DNA from: Methanopyrus kandleri AV19 | GTDB lineage: Archaea; JAADCQ01; Methanopyri; Methanopyrales; Methanopyraceae | DNA length: 32,000 nucleotides | NCBI RefSeq assembly: GCF_000007185.1 | Contig: NC_003551.1 | Span: forward strand, 60,001-92,000 | Direction: 5' to 3' | Shown here: one piece after another, positions 8,133-16,930 of the stretch | Layout: each line of letters begins with the position of its first letter | Position numbering within the stretch: position 1 is the first letter of the stretch | Made by a program: the position numbers and the translations under genes | The notes under the pieces: model-generated | Databases searched by the model: none | What the model was told of the DNA's origin: nothing | What the model saw: the letters and a program-made list of their open reading frames with translations, nothing else

Positions 8133-9011
8133 TCACCTCGTGAGCCTGAACATCTCCTCGACTACTTCTTCGACCTGAGAGATAAGGTCGGGGTCCAGCT
8201 CCACTCTGAGCGGTTCCGGGACGTGTCGGGCCTCGAGTACTCTTTCGACTTTTTCCCCCGTGTTGATTTTCATATCGGGACACACCATATGGCCGGGAAC
8301 GATGACTTCGGTGCCCGTTTCGCGACGTATCCTGAAGGCGAGACCTTCCTCGGTCCCCATTACGATTTTACTGGCGTCCTCCTTTTCACAGTATTGACGT
8401 ATTTGGGACGTGGAGCCGACGAAGTCCGCCATCGCGCATACTTCAAGAGGGCATTCCGGGTGTACCACGACGGCGGCATCCGGATGTTGAGAACACAGTT
8501 CGCGTAGGTCGGAAGGGGACAGCGAGTGATGGACGGGGCAGCAACCGTGCTCGGGGAACGGGATTACCTCCTTGTCCGGCACGTGTTTCTGCACCCAGGC
8601 CGCTAGGTTACCGTCGGGAACGAAGATGATCTTATCCTCGGGGAGTGAGGACACGACTTCGACGGCGTTAGCACTAGTGCACATCACGTCGGCCTCAGCC
8701 TTCACTTCGGCGCTCGTGTTGACGTACACGACCACGGCGGCGTCCGGATGCTCGCGGCGAAACTCTCGCAGTTCTTTCGCCCTGAGCCGCATGGCCATGC
8801 CGCACGCAGCGCGGTGATCGGGCACGACGACTTCACGGTCGGGGTTGAGTGCCTTCACAACCTCCGCCATGAAGTCCACTCCGCACATTACGATACGATC
8901 AGCGTCGATCTCCCTGGCCTCCAAGGCCAGCTCCAGCGAATCCCCGACGGAGTCCGCCATAAGCTGCACGTCGGGCCGCTGGTAATTGTGAGCCAGCACG
9001 AACGTCTCCAC
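8133..9011 (-). CDS. nadA: Quinolinate synthase
   Basis: 292 aa. N-terminal VLAHNYQRPDVQ, then GDSLELA, CGVDFMAE, ACGMA and three-fold repeat architecture with conserved Cys residues. Length is typical of NadA. Confidence 0.9.
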   Translation of the reverse strand: METFVLAHNYQRPDVQLMADSVGDSLELALEAREIDADRIVMCGVDFMAEVVKALNPDREVVVPDHRAACGMAMRLRAKELREFRREHPDAAVVVYVNTSAEVKAEADVMCTSANAVEVVSSLPEDKIIFVPDGNLAAWVQKHVPDKEVIPFPEHGCCPVHHSLSPSDLRELCSQHPDAAVVVHPECPLEVCAMADFVGSTSQIRQYCEKEDASKIVMGTEEGLAFRIRRETGTEVIVPGHMVCPDMKINTGEKVERVLEARHVPEPLRVELDPDLISQVEEVVEEMFRLTR

Positions 9012-9026
9012 GGAGCCCTACCCCCT

Positions 9027-9938
9027 CTACCCCAACGGCTCGAACTCGACCCCGAATACGCGTTCCGGAATTTCGATCATCACCTCGGACACGAGGTCTG
9101 GGTCGATGGTACGGAGGATTCTGGCCGCCTTGGGCACCGCACGGAGCGGTAGGGCGGCGTTGGGGCGCCTGGGATCGTCCAAGTAGTCGCTCTCCAGCAT
9201 GAACTCCGGACCGTGCTCCGCGGCTTCCCGCACTGATCGTCGAGATGCGGGTACTGAGGGCCATATCCCCACGTTTCGGGCCGCGGAGACGTCGGGTGTC
9301 GCCCGATGCCTCACGAACCTGTCGAAGTCGAACCCGACGTCTTTTAAGTACTCGTACAGTCGCATGTAGTGCTTCCTAGAGGCTTTGGGTCCGTGGTAAA
9401 TTACCGGTAGGTCCAGATCTTTGGCCAGCTCTAGGAACCTGACGAATACCTTGTGACACACACGCTTCACCTCGGCTGGCACGGGATAATGCGGATGACC
9501 TACTTCACCCACTGCAACTACCTCTTCGTACTCGGCGGCGAATTTCTCGATGAGATCGCACACGGTTTCCGCGACGTTCAGCACCTCCTCTTCGGGATGT
9601 TCTTCAGCCAGCGTCGCCACCTCGGCCGGATGCCAACCTAAGGCCGCATATCCCCTCAGCGGATACTCGAGCCTGCCGTACCGGACTCCTTCGAGGTGTA
9701 ACCGGTAGGCGCGCTCGAAGTCCTCTCTACCGTATCCGTGGATTCGATAGCTCCGAAGCGTTAGAACTGGAGATACGAACCCGGTACCTCCAGCCCGATG
9801 GAACTTCTCAAAGACCTTGTACCCGTCACCTTTCACCGGATTGAAGTGGAGATGTACGTCAGTAGCCACCTGCAATCGATCACCCCGGATCATCATGAAG
9901 GCTGGCTTAAATCGGATGACGTGAGGGCTCGGCGTCAT
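9027..9938 (-). CDS. TatD-family / TIM-barrel metal-dependent hydrolase
   Basis: 303 aa. DVHLHFNP metal-binding start motif, later GEVGHPHYP and VIYHGP motifs consistent with the TatD/amidohydrolase fold. GGATGATC SD-like sequence upstream of the ATG. Confidence 0.65.
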   Translation of the reverse strand: MTPSPHVIRFKPAFMMIRGDRLQVATDVHLHFNPVKGDGYKVFEKFHRAGGTGFVSPVLTLRSYRIHGYGREDFERAYRLHLEGVRYGRLEYPLRGYAALGWHPAEVATLAEEHPEEEVLNVAETVCDLIEKFAAEYEEVVAVGEVGHPHYPVPAEVKRVCHKVFVRFLELAKDLDLPVIYHGPKASRKHYMRLYEYLKDVGFDFDRFVRHRATPDVSAARNVGIWPSVPASRRSVREAAEHGPEFMLESDYLDDPRRPNAALPLRAVPKAARILRTIDPDLVSEVMIEIPERVFGVEFEPLG

Positions 9939-10016
9939 CCCGGCCGATCATCCGTCTCCCGAGTGGTGGCCTTCTTCATCGCCCGGGGGTTAGCGGAGTG
10001 TGGGTAGAATTGAGAC

Positions 10017-10024
10017 GTAAATAC
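10017..10024 (+). promoter_or_regulatory. Candidate TATA-like box (GTAAATAC)
   Basis: The only A/T-rich patch in the divergent intergenic region. It is centred about 29 nt upstream of ATG 10049, which fits a leaderless or short-leader archaeal transcript. Confidence 0.3.
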
Positions 10025-10048
10025 GGCCGGGATCGCGGTCACGCACCG

Positions 10049-10933
10049 ATGTCGGAGGAGGACGTGCTGCGGGTCAAGCCCAAGGAACGTCCCGGAGTGG
10101 TGTTCGTAACCCCGGATGGTCGAGTTCACGCGGACTTAGGACACGTGAGGATGGTGGAAGACACCGTGACGCTGCACTCCGATCCCACGGAGCCCCCGGG
10201 TCCGGACAACCCATCCGTGATCGTGCCGGAGCACGTGCTGGCGGCACTTTACGTTTCGGGATACGCCGGCGCGGTAGTCGAGATCCGTGGTGATCCGGGA
10301 CACGCGGAGCACGTGTGGAGGGCCGATTGTTACCTGAGGGAGGCCGTGGAGGAGTTGGGTGGTCCAGCCGACCCACCCGAGATGGGGGAGCCCGCGGCTA
10401 AAAGGGCGTTCATCCGCGAAGGAGAAGCCCCGTCTACGGTTAGGAACGTGGAGGGAAGGATCGAACCGGCGGAAGAGTTCGAAGTGCGTGTAGGTGGTGA
10501 GGAGGTTTCGGTTCACGATCTCATGACCGTCAGACGTGGGAACGTGAGCAACAAGACCCCCGAGCACGCGGGCCTAGACGTGGTAGCAGACGTCGCGATG
10601 TTGGCGGGGACGGCGTGTGCTAGGGTGGAGATATCACGACCCACGGAGGTAACCTCGATACATCCTACCGATCTCTACCTGGCGACGGCCGCAAAGCACG
10701 GAATTCGCGTCTGTTCGCTCAACGTGGGGAGGATGCGGGGCGCCGTAAACTTGGAGGAGGGGGAGACCGTCCGTGTCGGCACCGATCTCAGGTACGAGGT
10801 TTGCATCACCGAAGAACCGGTAGCATCTGAGATCAAGATAGGTGACGTAACGCTGGTCCGCGAGGGAGGTAAGTTCCGGGTCGTAGAGCCTGGAACGGTT
10901 CGGCTCGGAGATGAGGTGGTGGAAGTAGGTTGA
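10049..10933 (+). CDS. LpxC-fold (UDP-3-O-acyl-GlcNAc deacetylase-like) putative zinc deacetylase with extra C-terminal beta domain
   Basis: By-eye alignment to E. coli LpxC in three places. [13 protein letters not shown] matches [28 protein letters not shown] matches [26 protein letters not shown] matches SGHALNNKLLQAVLA. The ORF track starts at 9998; ATG 10049 is preferred because of TATA spacing. Confidence 0.55.
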   Translation: [294 protein letters not shown]

Positions 10934-11757
10934 TCGACATTTCGTCCCTGTCATGGGCCGTAGCGCTCGGAGTAGTTCGAGGTCTCTACGTGTTCGCGGG
11001 ATCGTTCATCGCGGCGGCCGTCTACCGGTACGTGGCGGAGGAGAGGATCCGAATGACGACCTCCGCCTTCATGGGTCTTTTAACCGCCGGGTTCGCGGCC
11101 GGCCCCAAAGAACTCACGGCACTCACGTACCAAAATCCGAACGTGGAGATGATCGCGTGGGCTATCGCCACCTTGTTCGCGATACCCGCCAGGACCTACG
11201 GGGACGCTATCGGTGAGAGGATTCTCCGGGCGAGGATACGAGCATCGATGAACCCCAGAACTAAGGTTTACAGGCTCCCCGAGAACCCCAACGAGATCAA
11301 GGATATCCCCGGAGAACCACCCGCGCCCATGGAGGTCAAAGAACGGATCGCGGGACGCGAGTACGAGTTCCCTCGAGGCACTCCTAAGGAGGAAGTTGAG
11401 CGAGTGATCAAGCGAGATTTGGAGAGCGAGACCGGGATAGGTCGCGCCGTAGTCCGCGTGCGAAACGGCGACGTCGAGGTACTCGTAGCGGGTGCGAAGC
11501 CCCCGGTCTCGCACACGCTCCCTCCGGACAAGGTCGCCGTTTCCGTGGAACCACTAGGCGGCGCCATCCACATCGGAGAGGGAGATCGTGTACGTGTGTT
11601 CGTGGACGGTCGCGAGCTGGGTGAAGCGGAGGTATGGCGGCGGGTAGATGATCGGGTAGTATTGGTGATGGAAGAACGCACTGCCGAAGAGCTGCTGAAG
11701 GAGATCACTCAAGGCAAGCAGGTGTCCCTTATGGCGGTGAGAGGGGAGGGAAGTTGA
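10930..11757 (+). CDS. Membrane protein (3 N-terminal TM segments) with soluble C-terminal domain
   Basis: 275 aa. TTG start overlaps the upstream TGA (TTGA). Hydrophobic segments are at residues about 8-32, 45-60 and 72-90. The remainder is charged and soluble. No family recognised. Confidence 0.5.
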   Translation: MIDISSLSWAVALGVVRGLYVFAGSFIAAAVYRYVAEERIRMTTSAFMGLLTAGFAAGPKELTALTYQNPNVEMIAWAIATLFAIPARTYGDAIGERILRARIRASMNPRTKVYRLPENPNEIKDIPGEPPAPMEVKERIAGREYEFPRGTPKEEVERVIKRDLESETGIGRAVVRVRNGDVEVLVAGAKPPVSHTLPPDKVAVSVEPLGGAIHIGEGDRVRVFVDGRELGEAEVWRRVDDRVVLVMEERTAEELLKEITQGKQVSLMAVRGEGS

Positions 11758-13088
11758 AGCGTGAGCGCGTTCGGATCGAGGGAGGCTCGATCAGGGTAGA
11801 CGGACCGTCCCGGGCGCGAGTAATTCGAGGTGAAGCGACCACGAACAAAGGTACCGAAGTGAGTGAAGGCGAAGAACTCGTGATCAGGCGTGGGGAGCGA
11901 CTGACGCTCACCACCGACTCGGAGCTCGAGCTGGAGCTAGTCCTGGGAACCGGTGCCGGCTACTCGGTCGAAGAGGACGGCGTCGAAATACCATCGGACT
12001 GGAAAGAGTTGGCCGAGGAGCTGGCCGATCACGGTGGAACGCCGGTTTGCATGGTGATCGGTCCTCAGGACTCCGGCAAGACGACGCTAGTTACCTTCAT
12101 CGCCAACGAGCTCGTGGAGCGCGGGCTCAAGGTAGGTATCGTCGACGCCGATGTAGGGCAGTCGGATGTCGGGCCTCCGGCGGTCGTCTCCTTAGGTATC
12201 GTCGAGGATACCGTCCACGACCTCTCCGAGGTAGAGATGAGACACGGGTACTTCGTCGGGTCGATCACCCCATCGGGTCACCTACTCCAGACCACCGTAG
12301 GGACTCGAAGGATGGTAGACCTCGCACTAGCTGAAGGGACGGATGTCGTGCTCATCGATACCTCGGGGATGGTTCACGGCGGACCTGCTAGAGCCCTTAA
12401 ACTCCACAAGGTCGATGCGATCAGACCCTCACACGTGGCGTTCCTGGACCGTGACGGTCAGGTGTCACACATCAAGCGTATGGTGAAGTCCTTGAAGTAC
12501 ATTAAGGTGCACGACCTCGCGGTGCCTGATGCCGTGAAGGACGTCGAACGGAAGGACCGTATTCGACGTAGAGAGCGCGTACTGCGCGAGTTCTTCGAGG
12601 AACGGGAGATCCTGGAGCTCGACCTGGAGGAAGTCTCCGTACAGCGGGCGTTTATAGGAACGGGTGAGCCGGTGGACTTGGAGGAGGAGAGTGAACTATC
12701 CGCACTGATCAAAGCGGTATCCGGTGTCGAACCCGAGATATTGCACGCGGAGAGAGCACCGGATGCCGTTGTTTTGGTCGTTAAAGACCAAGCCGGTCGA
12801 ATCGTGGGACGCGGCGGCCGACATGCCCGAGAGCTTAGGCGGCTGCTTAACGTCCGAGAGTTCGTCGTAGTCAACGAGGAGGAACTTCAGGGAGTGCTGG
12901 TAGGACTGTGTGACGGGGCCGGTGACCTGCTCGGTATCGGCGTGATTCGAGAGATCGACTTCGCCTCCGGAGAACTGAAAGTCGAGGGCAGGTTACTCCG
13001 CGACAGGACGATTCGCGTCGTTCAGCTGGGCTCGCTTAAAGTGGACCCGGAGACAGGGTCTCACGAGCCTATGAACGTACGAGTTTGA
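11754..13088 (+). CDS. Clp1/Grc3-type P-loop polynucleotide 5'-hydroxyl kinase homologue
   Basis: 444 aa. MVIGPQDSGKTTLVTFIANELVERGLKVGIVDADVGQSDVGPP matches the Clp1 Walker A plus DxDxGQ clasp region. N-terminal beta-sandwich-like and C-terminal domains have Clp1 proportions. TTGA overlap with the upstream gene. Confidence 0.8.
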   Translation: MKRERVRIEGGSIRVDGPSRARVIRGEATTNKGTEVSEGEELVIRRGERLTLTTDSELELELVLGTGAGYSVEEDGVEIPSDWKELAEELADHGGTPVCMVIGPQDSGKTTLVTFIANELVERGLKVGIVDADVGQSDVGPPAVVSLGIVEDTVHDLSEVEMRHGYFVGSITPSGHLLQTTVGTRRMVDLALAEGTDVVLIDTSGMVHGGPARALKLHKVDAIRPSHVAFLDRDGQVSHIKRMVKSLKYIKVHDLAVPDAVKDVERKDRIRRRERVLREFFEEREILELDLEEVSVQRAFIGTGEPVDLEEESELSALIKAVSGVEPEILHAERAPDAVVLVVKDQAGRIVGRGGRHARELRRLLNVREFVVVNEEELQGVLVGLCDGAGDLLGIGVIREIDFASGELKVEGRLLRDRTIRVVQLGSLKVDPETGSHEPMNVRV

Positions 13089-13120
13089 CTCCAGTCCTGA
13101 AGGGTTAAGCTTTCGGGGCT

Positions 13121-14119
13121 GTGACGAGAATGTACGTGGGGATCGATCACGGTACCTCGGGGATCAAAGTTGCAGCGTACGACGGTGAAGGAGACCCGGA
13201 GTTTTTAGGCAAAGCACCGAGACGGAAGGTGGCCGAGCGTGGGTTGCTCCGATCCCTCCCCGACGAAGCCCGGAGGGCAGTAGAGGAGGCCGAGTGCATC
13301 TGTCTGAACTATGGGATGGGCGACGCGCTCACGGAGTTCACGCCGCTAGAGGAAGCGGAGGATCTCGGCGTAGGATACGGACTACGTGATACCAGCGGAG
13401 CGGGGCGGGAGTTCGGCGCCGGGAGACGTATGGTCGAGGAGCTGTCAGAGCTCGGCGTTGAGGCCTATCTAGCACCGGGTATTCATCGGGACTTACCGCG
13501 GCTGGACGGGGCATTCCGAGTGTTCTCACACGTAGCGAGCGGTGAGAAGCTGGGAACAGCGAGGCTCGCACTCGAGTTATCCTCCTCGAAGGATATCGTG
13601 GTGTGTGACACAAGCTCGAACACAGTTTCCGTGGTAGTGAAGGACGGCGAAGTAATCGGCGGAATCGACGCGTGCCTCGGCGCTCCGGGCGTATTGCAGG
13701 GACCGTTGGACTTGGAGGCCATTCGCAGGATCGACGCGGGTGAACTGTCGGCCAACGGGGCGTTTTCAACCGGAGGGATCGTTAAGATCGTCAACTGCGC
13801 CGGGGAAGATCCCGAGAGCGCGGTAGAGGAATTCATCCAGAGGTGTGGCAAGGAAGAGAAGGAGTGGCTGGCACGGCTGGTCGCTTGGGAGGTGGCGGGG
13901 TTAGGCGTCGTCTACGACTGCGACGAGGCGTGGATCGGAGGTACGTTGTCGGGAGACGACGAATTCATGGGGGTGCTGGAGAGAGTCCTGAGCAAGGCTT
14001 TTAACAAGGTCGCCGGGCTACCGCCCGAGTCGGCTTCGATGGGACTAGCCCTGATCGCCGCAGACATAGCCTCCGGAGCCCGGTCGGTGTTGGGGGTGCG
14101 AATTTCTCGCCGCCCCTGA
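13121..14119 (+). CDS. ASKHA (actin-like ATPase fold) protein, methanogenesis marker 12 / UPF0285-like
   Basis: MYVGIDHGTSGIKVA phosphate-1 motif at the N-terminus, length about 330 aa. Family name is recalled from memory. The likely true start is ATG 13130 (MYVGIDHG) rather than GTG 13121. Confidence 0.65.
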   Translation: MTRMYVGIDHGTSGIKVAAYDGEGDPEFLGKAPRRKVAERGLLRSLPDEARRAVEEAECICLNYGMGDALTEFTPLEEAEDLGVGYGLRDTSGAGREFGAGRRMVEELSELGVEAYLAPGIHRDLPRLDGAFRVFSHVASGEKLGTARLALELSSSKDIVVCDTSSNTVSVVVKDGEVIGGIDACLGAPGVLQGPLDLEAIRRIDAGELSANGAFSTGGIVKIVNCAGEDPESAVEEFIQRCGKEEKEWLARLVAWEVAGLGVVYDCDEAWIGGTLSGDDEFMGVLERVLSKAFNKVAGLPPESASMGLALIAADIASGARSVLGVRISRRP

Positions 14120-14928
14120 TTTCATACCTGGGGCCGCCAGGCACGTTCACAGAGGAGGCGGCTGAGCGGTTTTCTGAGGAAGAACTTGGGGGAAACGGAA
14201 AGCTCCAGTCTGCCAGGACTATTACCGCGGTTTTCTCACGTGTAGAGCGAGGTGAGGCGGATTACGGTGTAGTTCCGTGGGAGAATTCACTGGAGGGATC
14301 CGTAGGAGAGACTTTGGATAACTTCCTGCATAGGAGCGTACGCGTGTTCGGCGAGCTGGTGTTACCGATCGTGCATGCACTGATGTCCGGATCCGAACCG
14401 GACGACCGTGAACCCGTGGTCTACTCGCACCCCCAGGCGTATGAGCAGGCGCGGGAAACGCTGCGAGAGTTACTCGGTAACCACGAGTTCGTACCCACGG
14501 CGAGCACCGCCGAAGCTGCCAAACTGGCGTCGAAGGAGGGTGCTTACGCTCTAGGTCCACCGAGGCTCGCGGAGCGGTTCGGATTGGACATAATGGAGGA
14601 GATAAGACTGGAAAATAACGAGACCAGGTTCGCGATCATCTCGAGGCGCGATAGAGCCCCGACTAAAGAGGACAAAACATCCGTGGTGTTCTCGGTAACC
14701 GATCGTCCGGGTGCTCTACGTGAGATTTTGGGTATCTTCGCGGATCGAGGTATCAACCTCACTAAGATCGAATCTCGACCCGCGAAGAGAGGGTTAGGAG
14801 ACTACGTTTTCTTCCTGGACTTTGAGGGGCACAGGATGCTCTATCCCGGGTCCGAAGCGTTGGCAGAACTCCGAGAAAGAACGCCGTTTTCCAAGGTGTT
14901 GGGGTCGTACCCCAAGGTTTTCCCGTAG
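14119..14928 (+). CDS. pheA: Prephenate dehydratase (PDT domain + ACT domain)
   Basis: ISYLGPPGTFTEEAA ... ADYGVVPWENSLEGSV (PDT) and TKIESRPAKRGLGDYVFFLDFEGH (ACT, ESRP motif). The conserved N-terminus is encoded at 14119-14313, upstream of the first canonical in-frame start (TTG 14314). The true start codon is unresolved (ATT 14119 or CTG 14116/14128). Confidence 0.85.
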   Translation: MSYLGPPGTFTEEAAERFSEEELGGNGKLQSARTITAVFSRVERGEADYGVVPWENSLEGSVGETLDNFLHRSVRVFGELVLPIVHALMSGSEPDDREPVVYSHPQAYEQARETLRELLGNHEFVPTASTAEAAKLASKEGAYALGPPRLAERFGLDIMEEIRLENNETRFAIISRRDRAPTKEDKTSVVFSVTDRPGALREILGIFADRGINLTKIESRPAKRGLGDYVFFLDFEGHRMLYPGSEALAELRERTPFSKVLGSYPKVFP

Positions 14929-14940
14929 GGGGTTAGGACC

Positions 14941-15492
14941 GTGATCGAGATCAGAATACACGGGAGAGGCGGCCAAGGAGCCGTCACCGCGGCCGAGATC
15001 CTGGCGATCGCGGCGAAGGAGGATGGGAAGTACTCCCAAGCGTTCCCGTTTTTCGGTGTGGAACGCCGTGGAGCGCCAGTGACGGCCTTCGCCCGGATCG
15101 ATGACGAGTTCATCAAGATTCGATCGCAGATATACGAGCCGGACCACGTGATAGTACTCGACTCCAGCCTGCTGGCCGTAGTAGACGTTACCGAAGGTCT
15201 ACCGGAGGACGGTCTCATCGTTATCAACGCTAGGGAGGAGGAGCTAGACAAGATCATGGAGAAGTTCGAGGATTCCGACGTCTACACTGTGGACGCGACC
15301 CAGATCGCGCTGGACGAGTTAGGTGTCCCTATCGTGAACACCGCGATGGTCGGTGCCTATCTGAAGGCTTCCGATATCCTCACTCTCGATGCCGTGAAGA
15401 AGGCCATTCATGCACGCTTCTCGGGAGAGATCGCCGAGAAAAACGTCAGAGCCGTTGAACGAGCCTACCGGGAGGTGAAGGCAGTTGGGTAA
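14941..15492 (+). CDS. porC: Pyruvate (2-oxoacid):ferredoxin oxidoreductase gamma subunit
   Basis: [25 protein letters not shown]-terminus, 183 aa, first gene of the gamma-delta-alpha-beta order. Confidence 0.9.
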   Translation: MIEIRIHGRGGQGAVTAAEILAIAAKEDGKYSQAFPFFGVERRGAPVTAFARIDDEFIKIRSQIYEPDHVIVLDSSLLAVVDVTEGLPEDGLIVINAREEELDKIMEKFEDSDVYTVDATQIALDELGVPIVNTAMVGAYLKASDILTLDAVKKAIHARFSGEIAEKNVRAVERAYREVKAVG

Positions 15493-15754
15493 TGAAGAAT
15501 TTACGATAGGGGCCGTAGTGCGAGAGCCGGGAAGTACCAAGAGGAATAAGACCGGCAGATGGCGCGTGTTCAGGCCCGTACTAGATCAGGAGAAGTGTAT
15601 GAACTGCGGTCTGTGCTTCATGTACTGCCCGGACGGGTGCATTAGGCCCTCGGACGATGGCTACGTTATCGACTATGATTACTGTAAAGGGTGTGGAATC
15701 TGCGAAAGCGTGTGTCCTGTAAATGCGATCGAAATGGTACTGGAGGAGGGTTGA
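15485..15754 (+). CDS. porD: Pyruvate:ferredoxin oxidoreductase delta subunit (2x[4Fe-4S])
   Basis: [10 protein letters not shown] followed by [12 protein letters not shown] and [12 protein letters not shown]. 89 aa. TTG start overlaps the porC stop by 8 nt. Confidence 0.9.
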   Translation: MGNEEFTIGAVVREPGSTKRNKTGRWRVFRPVLDQEKCMNCGLCFMYCPDGCIRPSDDGYVIDYDYCKGCGICESVCPVNAIEMVLEEG

Positions 15755-15766
15755 GGGGAGATACCG

Positions 15767-16918
15767 ATGACTGAAGTTCATGTGATCAACGGGAATTACG
15801 CCGTAGCCGAAGCGGTTAGGATGGTGGACGTCGACGTCATTGCGGCGTACCCGATCACACCCCAAACACCCATCGTAGAATACCTTTCCGAGTTCGTATC
15901 TAACGGGGAACTGGACGCCGAGTTCATACACGTAGAGTCCGAGCACAGCGCGATCAGCGCCGTGCTCGGTGCCTCGGCGACTGGAGCCCGCGTGTTCACT
16001 GCGACGGCGTCTCAAGGTCTCGCCCTTATGCACGAGATCCTGTTCATCGCTTCAGGACTCAGGTTACCGATCGTGATGGCCGTCGCGAACCGCGCGCTCT
16101 CAGCTCCGATCAACATCTGGTGCGATCACTCCGACTCCGTGGCGCAACGGGACACGTCGTGGATCCAGCTGTACTGTGAGTCTAATCAAGAGGTATTCGA
16201 CACCGTAGTGCAAGCCTACCGGATCGCGGAACACGAAGACGTCCTCTTACCCGTGATGGTATGCCTGGACGGGTTCACGTTATCCCACACCTTGGAACCC
16301 GTCGAACTTCCGGAAGAGGAAGAGGTACGATCGTTCGTCGGTAAGTACGAGCCAACCCACTGTTACCTAGACCCCGAAGACCCGATGACGCTAGGGCCTG
16401 TAGGTGGCCCTGACAGCTACATGGAGTTCAAGAAGATGCAGCACGATGCGATGGAAAAGGCACGTGAGGTTATAGGAGAGGTCAACAGGGAGTTCTCGGA
16501 CGAGTTCGGGCGTTCCTACGGTGACGGGCTAATCGAGGAGTACAATACAGAGGACGCTGATTACGTGGTGATCGCGATGGGATCCGTCTGCGGGACCGTC
16601 AAGCACGTGATAGATGAGGAGCGCCCGGACGTGGGTCTGGTCAGGGTGAAGGCTTACCGCCCGTTCCCAGGCGACCGGATAGTGGAGGTAATCCAGGACA
16701 AGGAAGGCGTCGTGACTATCGATCGCGCACATTCGTACGGGGCGATGCCGCCGCTGTGGACGGACGTCAAAGCTCACGCACCGGACGTCGACGTATCGTC
16801 GACCATCGCGGGTCTCGGTGGCCGCGACATACGCCCACAGGACGTGCTCGAGATAATCAAGGTGGCAGAGGAAGGGAAGGGTATGGACGAACCCGTCTGG
16901 ATCAACGTGAAGGTGTGA
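15767..16918 (+). CDS. porA: Pyruvate:ferredoxin oxidoreductase alpha subunit
   Basis: 383 aa. NGNYAVAEAVRMVDVDVIAAYPITPQT and ESEHSAISAVLGASATGARVFTATASQGL are typical of the POR/VOR alpha N-terminal domain. Confidence 0.9.
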   Translation: MTEVHVINGNYAVAEAVRMVDVDVIAAYPITPQTPIVEYLSEFVSNGELDAEFIHVESEHSAISAVLGASATGARVFTATASQGLALMHEILFIASGLRLPIVMAVANRALSAPINIWCDHSDSVAQRDTSWIQLYCESNQEVFDTVVQAYRIAEHEDVLLPVMVCLDGFTLSHTLEPVELPEEEEVRSFVGKYEPTHCYLDPEDPMTLGPVGGPDSYMEFKKMQHDAMEKAREVIGEVNREFSDEFGRSYGDGLIEEYNTEDADYVVIAMGSVCGTVKHVIDEERPDVGLVRVKAYRPFPGDRIVEVIQDKEGVVTIDRAHSYGAMPPLWTDVKAHAPDVDVSSTIAGLGGRDIRPQDVLEIIKVAEEGKGMDEPVWINVKV

Positions 16919-16930
16919 GGGGGACCATCC

